A stretch of 45,672 nucleotides of DNA. Source: Patescibacteria group bacterium. Lineage in GTDB: Bacteria > Patescibacteriota > Minisyncoccia > Phycocordibacterales > PALSA-1337. Shown here piece after piece: positions 8,247-15,235 of the stretch. The notes under the pieces are model-generated. The model did no database searches and had not been told where the DNA came from. It saw only the letters and a program-made list of their open reading frames with translations. The stretch covers positions 1 through 45,672 of the forward strand of contig JAGWJT010000002.1 of the NCBI GenBank assembly GCA_028865615.1. Reading direction: 5' to 3'. The first letter of the stretch is position 1. Each line of letters starts with the position of its first letter. A program made the position numbers and the translations under genes.

Positions 8247-8317
8247 CGGGCTGTAGTATAGTGGTAGTATACATCCATGGGGTGGATGCGGTCCGGGTTC
8301 GATTCCCGGCAGCCCGA
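8247..8317 (+). tRNA. tRNA-Pro (anticodon GGG)
   Basis: Acceptor CGGGCTG/CAGCCCG, anticodon loop ATGGGGT, T-loop TTCGATT. Confidence 0.88.
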
Positions 8318-8468
8318 ACGAAGTGAGGGATGCGAGCACGCGAAGCGTGCGAGAGGGAATCGAACGCCGCAGCGATGCCGAGCCAGCAGGCGAGGCCGCG
8401 AGGCGGTGCTCAGCCCGAGCCCGACTGGTCGGGCGAGAGGCGAGGGAGATTCCCGGCAGCCCGAACGA
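8301..8468 (+). repeat. 21-nt direct repeat (tRNA-Pro 3' end + ACGA) flanking a 126-nt GC-rich insert
   Basis: GATTCCCGGCAGCCCGAACGA occurs at 8301-8321 and again at 8448-8468. The second copy abuts tRNA-Val. The insert contains three short GC hairpins (8336-8350, about 8395-8407, 8420-8433). Confidence 0.85.
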
Positions 8469-8542
8469 GCACCCTTAGCTCAGTTGGCTAGAGCGCACCC
8501 TTCACACGGGTGAGGTCAGAGGTTCGAGCCCTCTAGGGTGCA
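8469..8542 (+). tRNA. tRNA-Val (anticodon CAC)
   Basis: Acceptor GCACCCT/AGGGTGC, anticodon loop TTCACAC, T-loop TTCGAGC. Confidence 0.88.
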
Positions 8543-8553
8543 CACGACGTTTT

Positions 8554-8662
8554 GGGAGCCATGCGGATATGCAATACATTCAAAACGAACAAGCAAAGTA
8601 ATCATCTGTCATAATCGTCTCGAATTTCGGCTTTGAATGTATTGCATATCCGCATGGCTCCC
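8554..8662. repeat. perfect 31-bp inverted repeat with 47-nt spacer
   Basis: GGGAGCCATGCGGATATGCAATACATTCAAA (8554-8584) is the exact reverse complement of 8632-8662. The spacer carries TGTCATAAT (8607-8615). The right arm contains the ATG at 8637. Confidence 0.9.
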
Positions 8663-8906
8663 TGCAAGTACCGCTTGCACCATGCCGCTGGCATACGCTA
8701 GTATACTCTTCGTAATGGACACAGTCGGCGACCTCTTAAAAGGCATAATGAACATTTGGGTGGAGATGCTCTTCGCCATACTTTCCATATTCCCGAAATT
8801 CATCAAACTGGCCCTATGGGCGCTCATGGCTATCATCATCCTTCCATGCGTATTCGTGGCCGGAACGGTCTATCCGGCTTGGGAGAAGTGGGGACAGGAA
8901 CTTTGA
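8637..8906 (+). CDS. small hypothetical membrane protein (alternative starts at 8682 and 8715)
   Basis: 89 codons with two hydrophobic helices (WVEMLFAILSIF, LALWALMAIIILPCVFVAG). Confidence 0.5.
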   Translation: MYCISAWLPASTACTMPLAYASILFVMDTVGDLLKGIMNIWVEMLFAILSIFPKFIKLALWALMAIIILPCVFVAGTVYPAWEKWGQEL

Positions 8907-8945
8907 ATCTCTGATCGGCCTGATTACTAATCAATCTAAACGAAA

Positions 8946-10361
8946 ATGACCAACAAAACAGGTGATACTGCCATCCTTCACCCGACTATATTCGTCATAT
9001 TCGGCATAACAGGCGATCTCGCCGCCAGGAAGCTCCTACCGGCTCTCCTTGGTCTGTACTCCAAGAAGATGCTGCCCCAACGCTGGTGCATCATCGGATT
9101 CTCAAGACGATCATTCAGCCGCGAAGAATTCCGCGATCTCATCCGGGGCCGGCTCAACATCAAGCCGGGACAATTCAAGGAAGAGGATGTCAAACATTTT
9201 CTGGACCACATAACCTATGAACAGGGCAAGTTCGACGAACCGGAAGCCTACGGACGCCTGGCCCTGCGCATCAAAGAGACCGACGACCGCTGGGGCCAGT
9301 GCTCAAATAAGCTCTTCCACTTGTCCGTGCCACCGGCCTTGTATGAGGGTATATTGCGCAATCTTTCCAGCTCCGGTCTTTCCGAACCGTGCGCGGACGA
9401 TACGGGATGGACACGCGTGCTCATAGAGAAGCCTTTCGGCAACGACATAGATCATGCTCGCAATCTCGACAAGCTCTTGGGCAAGCTCTTCAAGGAAGAG
9501 CAGATATTCCGCATAGATCATTATCTGGCCAAGGAAACTCTGCAGAATATCCTGGCTTTCAGATTCCATAACCACATGTTCGAACCTATATGGAACAAGG
9601 GCTTCGTAGACAAGATCCACATCAAGCTTTTCGAGCATAACGGCGTACTAGATCGCGGCGACACGTACGATCCGGTCGGTGCCTTGAAAGACGTCGGTCA
9701 GAATCACATGCTCATGATGCTGGCGGCGGTGGCTATGGACAAACCCAAGAGCTTCACTGCCAAGGACATACGCTTCGAGAGAGCCCGTGTTCTGACCAAG
9801 ATCCGCCATGCCCCTCTCCGATCCTCCAAGGATTGCAACAGGCGCGGCCAATACGAAGGCTACCGTTCGGAACCGGGAGTCGGTCCGGACTCGCAGACAG
9901 AGACATATTTCAGGTTGAAAGCATCCGTCAATTCATCCAGATGGAGGAATGTCCCTATATATCTCGAGAGCGGCAAGGCTATGGCAGAATCGAGGACGGA
10001 GATAGACGTATATTTCAAGGGGGGCAAGGGCAACGGCTCGACGGACCAGAACATTGTGACATTCAAGATTCAGCCAAATGAGGGCATCAAGATCAAATTC
10101 TTCGTCAAAACACCCGGTAGCACATTCAGCGTAGAGCCGAAGACTTTGAAGTTCCGATATACCGACGTACCTGCGGAACACTGGCAAAATCTGCCAAATG
10201 ATTATGAGCGGCTCATCAAAGATGCTTTCGTCGGCGACCAGACCTTGTTCGCATCCACTGACGAGATCATGGCTTCATGGAGATTCATCACGGCTGTCAT
10301 GCGCGACTGGTCGAAGCTGCCGCTCATCGGATATCCCAAAGGGGCCAAGGAAATCGCATGA
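8946..10361 (+). CDS. zwf: glucose-6-phosphate 1-dehydrogenase
   Basis: NADP-binding FGITGDLAARKL and the G6PD signature RIDHYLAKE. 471 aa. Confidence 0.92.
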   Translation: MTNKTGDTAILHPTIFVIFGITGDLAARKLLPALLGLYSKKMLPQRWCIIGFSRRSFSREEFRDLIRGRLNIKPGQFKEEDVKHFLDHITYEQGKFDEPEAYGRLALRIKETDDRWGQCSNKLFHLSVPPALYEGILRNLSSSGLSEPCADDTGWTRVLIEKPFGNDIDHARNLDKLLGKLFKEEQIFRIDHYLAKETLQNILAFRFHNHMFEPIWNKGFVDKIHIKLFEHNGVLDRGDTYDPVGALKDVGQNHMLMMLAAVAMDKPKSFTAKDIRFERARVLTKIRHAPLRSSKDCNRRGQYEGYRSEPGVGPDSQTETYFRLKASVNSSRWRNVPIYLESGKAMAESRTEIDVYFKGGKGNGSTDQNIVTFKIQPNEGIKIKFFVKTPGSTFSVEPKTLKFRYTDVPAEHWQNLPNDYERLIKDAFVGDQTLFASTDEIMASWRFITAVMRDWSKLPLIGYPKGAKEIA

Positions 10362-10403
10362 GCCACTATCCGACAAAGAACTGATCATAACCATCGAACT
10401 CAT

Positions 10404-11516
10404 ATGTCATTATCTATCGGAATAGTCGGTCTGCCGAACGTGGGTAAATCCACGCTCTTTAATGCATTGACCAAAAAGTCGGTGCCGGCGGAGAACTATC
10501 CGTTCTGCACCATAGACCCGTCGGTCGGCGTCGTAGCAGTTCCGGATGAGCGTCTGGGCAAACTCTCGACATTTTCACGATCCGAAAAGACTGTGCCCGC
10601 GCCGGTTGAATTCACGGACATAGCCGGCCTGGTCAAAGGCGCCTCCGAAGGCGAGGGCCTGGGCAACCAATTCTTGCAACATATACGCGAGACGGACGCC
10701 ATAGCGGAGGTGGTGCGCATATTCGAGGACGAAAATGTCATACACGTAGACGGCCGCATCGATCCGGTAAAAGATATCGAGGTCATCAACCTGGAATTGG
10801 TTCTGGCCGATCTCCAGACCGTGACAAAGCGCATAGGCAATATCTCCAAGGAATTGAAAGCCGGCAAGAAAGATGCCATGATCGAGGCGAAGCTCTTGGA
10901 GCGATTGAAAGCCGCTCTGGAGGCGGGGAAGCCGGCCTCGACCGTGGTGGCCGACGAATTTGAAGCGCCGATGTTGAGACAGCTGTGCTTGATAACATCG
11001 AAGCCGATCCTTTACGTGCTCAACAAGAAAGCCGGCGCGAAGAACTTGGACGAACTGGCGGTCGGCGGCACACCCGATCCTCGCTGGGCAAAACTGATGG
11101 ATCTATTCAAATCAACCGGAGCAGGTCATGTCATCGTCGATGCGGGTATAGAGAACGAGCTCAAAGACTTGGACGCCGCGGACAAAGCGGAGATGCGCGA
11201 AGGTTTGGGTGCGCACGACGACGGCGTGAACGAGCTCATAAAGAAAGGCTATGAATCGCTCGGACTGATCACTTACTTCACGACCGGACAGGATGAGACG
11301 CGGGCATGGACTATCAAAAACGGCTGGACAGCACCTGAAGCGGGTACGGCCATACATACGGACTTCAAGGAAAAATTCGTGCGGGCGGAGGTCATAGGCT
11401 GGCGTGAACTCCTCGACGCCGGCTCATATTCCGCCGCCCGCGACCGCGGCCTGGTGCGCACGGAAGGCAAGGAGTACGTGGTCAAAGACGGGGATGTGGT
11501 GGAGTTTAAAATCTGA
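10404..11516 (+). CDS. ychF: ribosome-binding ATPase YchF
   Basis: G1 motif GLPNVGKSTLFNALT and a YchF-type C-terminal domain (AWTI..G..AP.AAG.IH.DF...F). 370 aa. Confidence 0.92.
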   Translation: MSLSIGIVGLPNVGKSTLFNALTKKSVPAENYPFCTIDPSVGVVAVPDERLGKLSTFSRSEKTVPAPVEFTDIAGLVKGASEGEGLGNQFLQHIRETDAIAEVVRIFEDENVIHVDGRIDPVKDIEVINLELVLADLQTVTKRIGNISKELKAGKKDAMIEAKLLERLKAALEAGKPASTVVADEFEAPMLRQLCLITSKPILYVLNKKAGAKNLDELAVGGTPDPRWAKLMDLFKSTGAGHVIVDAGIENELKDLDAADKAEMREGLGAHDDGVNELIKKGYESLGLITYFTTGQDETRAWTIKNGWTAPEAGTAIHTDFKEKFVRAEVIGWRELLDAGSYSAARDRGLVRTEGKEYVVKDGDVVEFKI

Positions 11517-11559
11517 AATGGCAGGCCGGCACGGCGAAACATACACATCCATCAAAATC

Positions 11560-11624
11560 GAGGGTGTCGAAAAAAGTTGGAATCTGGCTAAAAATAAGGG
11601 ATTCCAGGATTTTTCGACACCCTC
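11560..11624. repeat. palindromic intergenic element, family 1, copy 1
   Basis: 25-nt arms GAGGGTGTCGAAAAAAGTTGGAATC / GATTCCAGGATTTTTCGACACCCTC around a 15-nt loop. A near-identical copy in the opposite orientation is at 40617-40684. Confidence 0.85.
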
Positions 11625-11734
11625 CACTTTAGGTGGTATGTATCGTCAGCGCCGCCGGGCGCTTTTATGTACCTTATGCCTTATCTGTAAATAACTCGCA
11701 ACATCGACCTGTTGGATGTATCATTGTGACCCAC

Positions 11735-12085
11735 ATGTCCATCTACCAACCCAACGGAACGATAGGCAAGGAACTGGCAGACGCATTGCTCGCTCTCGGC
11801 CTGCCAAAATCCGAGCACGAGGTATTCATGACCGTATACGAACTGAAGGACGGCGTTGCGGCACATTTTGTCGCTGACGCGCTGGATATTCCCAGGTCCA
11901 CGGCGTATTCAGCATTGAATAGTCTAGTCGATAGAGGCATCGTGATCCGGAAAAAGCACTCTGGCACTTCGGCATTCATGACAAGTCAAAAAATCATCGA
12001 CAATTACATAGAATCGAGGCATGCAACAATGCGCCAAGCCAAAGAGATTCTGAACACCACCGATAAAACAAGCCAAGATAGCTGA
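11735..12085 (+). CDS. winged-helix transcriptional regulator (TrmB/MarR-like)
   Basis: ALGLPKSEHEVFMTVYELKDGVAAHFVADALDIPRSTAYSALNSLVDRGIV resembles a TrmB-type wHTH. I start it at ATG 11735, which has TATCAT 10 nt upstream. Confidence 0.55.
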   Translation: MSIYQPNGTIGKELADALLALGLPKSEHEVFMTVYELKDGVAAHFVADALDIPRSTAYSALNSLVDRGIVIRKKHSGTSAFMTSQKIIDNYIESRHATMRQAKEILNTTDKTSQDS

Positions 12086-12132
12086 ATTTCCAGGGCTTTT
12101 TTCTTTGGCCGGTTTGAGATATGATTCATGCC

Positions 12133-15132
12133 ATGAATAGACAAAGCCGACCGCAGAAGATCGCGTCCTACGATCCGTCCAAGATAGAGAAGAAATGGCA
12201 AAAGAAGTGGGCTTCATCGAAGGTATACAAGTCGCAAGAGCGCAAAGTGCAAGGCGCAAACGGCAGTAAATATTACGTCCTAGACATGTTCCCGTATCCT
12301 TCGGGTGAAGGGCTCCATGTCGGACATCCGAAGGGCTACATAGCCACAGATATCGTGTCTCGCATGCATAGGATGCAAGGCAAGAATGTATTGCACCCCA
12401 TGGGCTTCGACGCCTTCGGCCTGCCTGCGGAGAATTATGCCATCAAGATGAAGATGGATCCGGCTGTGGCCATGAAGAAGAACGTGGCAAGGTTCAAGAA
12501 ACAATTGGAAATCATCGGCCTGGACTACGACTGGTCGCGAGAGGTCAATACGACGGATCCGGCGTATTACAAATGGACGCAGTGGGCATTCTTGCAGATG
12601 TACAAGAAGGGCTTGGCCTATGAATCGAACGAGCCGGTCAACTGGTGCCCGAAAGACAAGACCGTACTGGCCAACGAAGACGTGGAGAACGGCCTCTGTG
12701 AGCGTTGCGGCACGCCGGTAGAGAAGAAGCCTATGCGCCAGTGGGTCTTGAAGATAACGGATTATGCCGACAGATTGCTGGCCGATCTGGATGCGACTGA
12801 TGGATCAAGCAAGCCGCTCCTCGACTGGCCGGAATCCATCAAAGAAGCCCAGAGGAACTGGATAGGCAGGAGCGAGGGCGCGGAGATAGATTTCAAGATT
12901 AAAGATAGCGACAAGGTTATTAAAGTCTTCACCACGCGCCCAGATACGCTCTTCGGCGTGACTTATCTGGTATTGGCGCCAGAGCATCCTTGGGTCAAAG
13001 AGCTATTGCCTCGCGTCTCTAATAAAGCCGAAGTTGAAGTTTATATTTCTAAGACCCAGCATGAGACCGAGATCGAGCGCACGGATGCCAAGAGAGATAA
13101 GACCGGCGTGGAATTGAAGGGCGTCAAAGCAGTCAATCCAGCTAATGGCGAAGAAGTGCCTGTGTGGATAGCCGATTATGTATTGGCCGATTACGGCACC
13201 GGCGCCGTCATGGCCGTGCCGGCGCACGATGAGCGCGATTGGGAATTCGCAAAGAAGTTCGGGTTGCCTATTAGGCATGTTGTCGTCCCTGAACGCAAAG
13301 CTACAACGACAGATATTGCATTCCACGACGGAGAGTCTGTCATAAAGCGCAATGTCATAAGAGCAGTAGTTAAGCATTGGTCGGAAGATAAATATCTTGT
13401 CCTCAACTGGAATGAGCACGGCTGGAAGACTTTCATATCTGGCGGCATCGAGGATGGAGAGAGCTTTGTAGAAGCAGCCGTTCGTGAAATACGGGAAGAG
13501 ACGGGATACAAGAACATCAGTTTCATAGGAGAGATAGGCGGTCCGATCAGGGCGCTATTCTATGCCCCTCACAAGGATCAGAATCGAATAGATATACAGC
13601 AGGGTTTGCTATTCAAATTGAAAGACGGCGAACAGATCGAGGTGTCAGAAGACGAGCACAAAAAGCACACAGCGGAGTGGTTGCCTTTTTCCAAGGCAAG
13701 CGAGATATTCAATGCGACTCTTGTAGATCAAGTCTTGCTTGCTCGCATAGATAATCATCAGATGGGTGCATATACTGATTCCGGGGTACTCATTCATTCA
13801 GGAGAATTCGACGATAAAGCCTCTAGCATTGCAATGAAGGACATAACTGCCTTCGCCGGCGGGCGGTGGGTGACGCGATACAAACTCCGCGACTGGGTGT
13901 TCTCGAGGCAGAGATACTGGGGCGAGCCGATACCGCTCGTGCACTGCGAGAAGTGCGGCGTAGTGCCTGTGCCGGAGAAGGAATTGCCGGTAAAATTGCC
14001 GAAGGTGAATTCATATGAGCCCACGGGGACGGGGGAATCGCCTTTGGCGGCCATATCCAAATGGGTCAATGTCAAATGCCCCAAGTGCGGCGGTAAAGGC
14101 AGGCGCGAGACGAACACTATGCCGCAATGGGCCGGTTCGTGCTGGTATTATCTCCGATATGAAGATCCGAAGAATAAGAAAGCCTTGGTCGATCCAAAGA
14201 AAGAAAAATATTGGTCGCCCGTAGATCTATATGTTGGCGGAGCGGAGCATGCCACTAGGCATCTCATATACGCCCGCTTCTGGCATAAATTCTTGAAAGA
14301 CATAGGCGTCGTGTCGACTATCGAGCCATTCACAAAGCTCCAATCAGTGGGTTTGATAATGGGCGAGGACGGCAGGAAGATGTCCAAGCGCTTCGGCAAT
14401 GTGGTCAATCCGGATGACATCGTGGCAAGGTTCGGTGCAGACACCCTGCGCGTGTACGAGATGTTCATGGGGCCTTTCGACCAGAGCATCGCTTGGAGTA
14501 CCGATAGCATAGTCGGGGCGCGGAGATTCATCGAGAGAGTATGGAAACTGGTTTATAAAGCCGTATCGGAATATGGTTCCGAGGGAACTCGCGCAGGCCG
14601 CGAAGGCGGCCGAGCGCAGGCGCTGGACCAGCAGGGCCAGACAGCCGGTTCCCGAGAAGCCATTTCCGATACGGCTTCAAGAACAATAAACAAAGCCATC
14701 AAGAAAGTCACAGACGACATCGACGGCCTACGATTTAACACTGCTATAAGCGCCCTCATGATAGCCGCAAACGAATTGGAAAAGTTGGAGGCTGTGGATA
14801 GGGCGTCATTTGAAACTTACCTGAAACTGCTCGCTCCATTTGCGCCTCACGTCGCCGAAGAATTGTGGGCCGCTCTGGGCAACAAAAAGTCCATCCACAT
14901 ATCGCCATGGCCGCAATACGATCCGACCCTGGCCGTAGAAGAAGAACGGCGCATAATCATCCAGATAAACGGTAAGGTTCGCGGCTCATTCATGGCCAAG
15001 AATGGCGCTACCGATGCGGAACTGGGATCAGCGGCCAAACAGGCGCCAGAGGCTCGAAAATGGCTGGACGGCAAGGATATCAAGAAGATGATCGTGGTTC
15101 CAGGCAGACTAGTCAATTTCGTTATCGGCTAA
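12133..15132 (+). CDS. leuS: leucine--tRNA ligase carrying an inserted Nudix domain (alternative start 12121)
   Basis: HIGH region PYPSGEGLHVGH, CP1 editing domain TTRPDTLFGVTY, KMSKR, and the C-terminal anticodon-binding region. There are about 145 extra residues after CP1 containing GGIEDGESFVEAAVREIREETGY. Confidence 0.95.
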   Translation: MNRQSRPQKIASYDPSKIEKKWQKKWASSKVYKSQERKVQGANGSKYYVLDMFPYPSGEGLHVGHPKGYIATDIVSRMHRMQGKNVLHPMGFDAFGLPAENYAIKMKMDPAVAMKKNVARFKKQLEIIGLDYDWSREVNTTDPAYYKWTQWAFLQMYKKGLAYESNEPVNWCPKDKTVLANEDVENGLCERCGTPVEKKPMRQWVLKITDYADRLLADLDATDGSSKPLLDWPESIKEAQRNWIGRSEGAEIDFKIKDSDKVIKVFTTRPDTLFGVTYLVLAPEHPWVKELLPRVSNKAEVEVYISKTQHETEIERTDAKRDKTGVELKGVKAVNPANGEEVPVWIADYVLADYGTGAVMAVPAHDERDWEFAKKFGLPIRHVVVPERKATTTDIAFHDGESVIKRNVIRAVVKHWSEDKYLVLNWNEHGWKTFISGGIEDGESFVEAAVREIREETGYKNISFIGEIGGPIRALFYAPHKDQNRIDIQQGLLFKLKDGEQIEVSEDEHKKHTAEWLPFSKASEIFNATLVDQVLLARIDNHQMGAYTDSGVLIHSGEFDDKASSIAMKDITAFAGGRWVTRYKLRDWVFSRQRYWGEPIPLVHCEKCGVVPVPEKELPVKLPKVNSYEPTGTGESPLAAISKWVNVKCPKCGGKGRRETNTMPQWAGSCWYYLRYEDPKNKKALVDPKKEKYWSPVDLYVGGAEHATRHLIYARFWHKFLKDIGVVSTIEPFTKLQSVGLIMGEDGRKMSKRFGNVVNPDDIVARFGADTLRVYEMFMGPFDQSIAWSTDSIVGARRFIERVWKLVYKAVSEYGSEGTRAGREGGRAQALDQQGQTAGSREAISDTASRTINKAIKKVTDDIDGLRFNTAISALMIAANELEKLEAVDRASFETYLKLLAPFAPHVAEELWAALGNKKSIHISPWPQYDPTLAVEEERRIIIQINGKVRGSFMAKNGATDAELGSAAKQAPEARKWLDGKDIKKMIVVPGRLVNFVIG
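14561..14674 (+). repeat. 114-nt GC-rich imperfect palindrome inside leuS
   Basis: Terminal arms CCGTATCGGAA / TTCCGATACGG are perfect over 11 bp and extend imperfectly to about 30 bp. Internal hairpin GGCCGC-GAA-GCGGCC. The length is 38 codons. Confidence 0.7.
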
Positions 15133-15235
15133 ATTCGGGTACATTGTTGACAAAAGGGCAAGGGTAGTGGTAAGGTACTTGGGACAATATTCATAGATAA
15201 AGTCAGCTTTAATAGTAACCATCATAAGCAATCAA

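Noticed and set aside
8322-8447. An additional tRNA or tRNA-like gene in the GC-rich insert (GGAATCGAAC resembles a reversed T-loop).
   Set aside because: The flanking bases do not form a T-stem, and no acceptor or anticodon arm can be drawn on either strand.
8277-8513. 78-aa plus-strand ORF and 7518-7751 / 7795-7980 / 7875-8057 / 7937-8167 / 8089-8274 ORFs in the tRNA cluster.
   Set aside because: They read straight through tRNA genes or the structured repeats, and their Arg/Gly-rich sequences simply reflect GC-rich tRNA and repeat sequence.
8554-8662. The 31-bp inverted repeat as terminal inverted repeats of an IS or MITE.
   Set aside because: Only 47 nt lie between the arms, and I found no flanking direct repeat and no second copy in the window. 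The structural or regulatory reading is kept as a finding instead.
11404-11694. Apparent conserved peptide (GVEKSWN...FSTP) shared by ORFs 11404-11694, 11424-11627 and 40573-40869.
   Set aside because: The similarity is produced by translating the two copies of the palindromic family-1 repeat. Both strands give the same peptide because the element is a palindrome.
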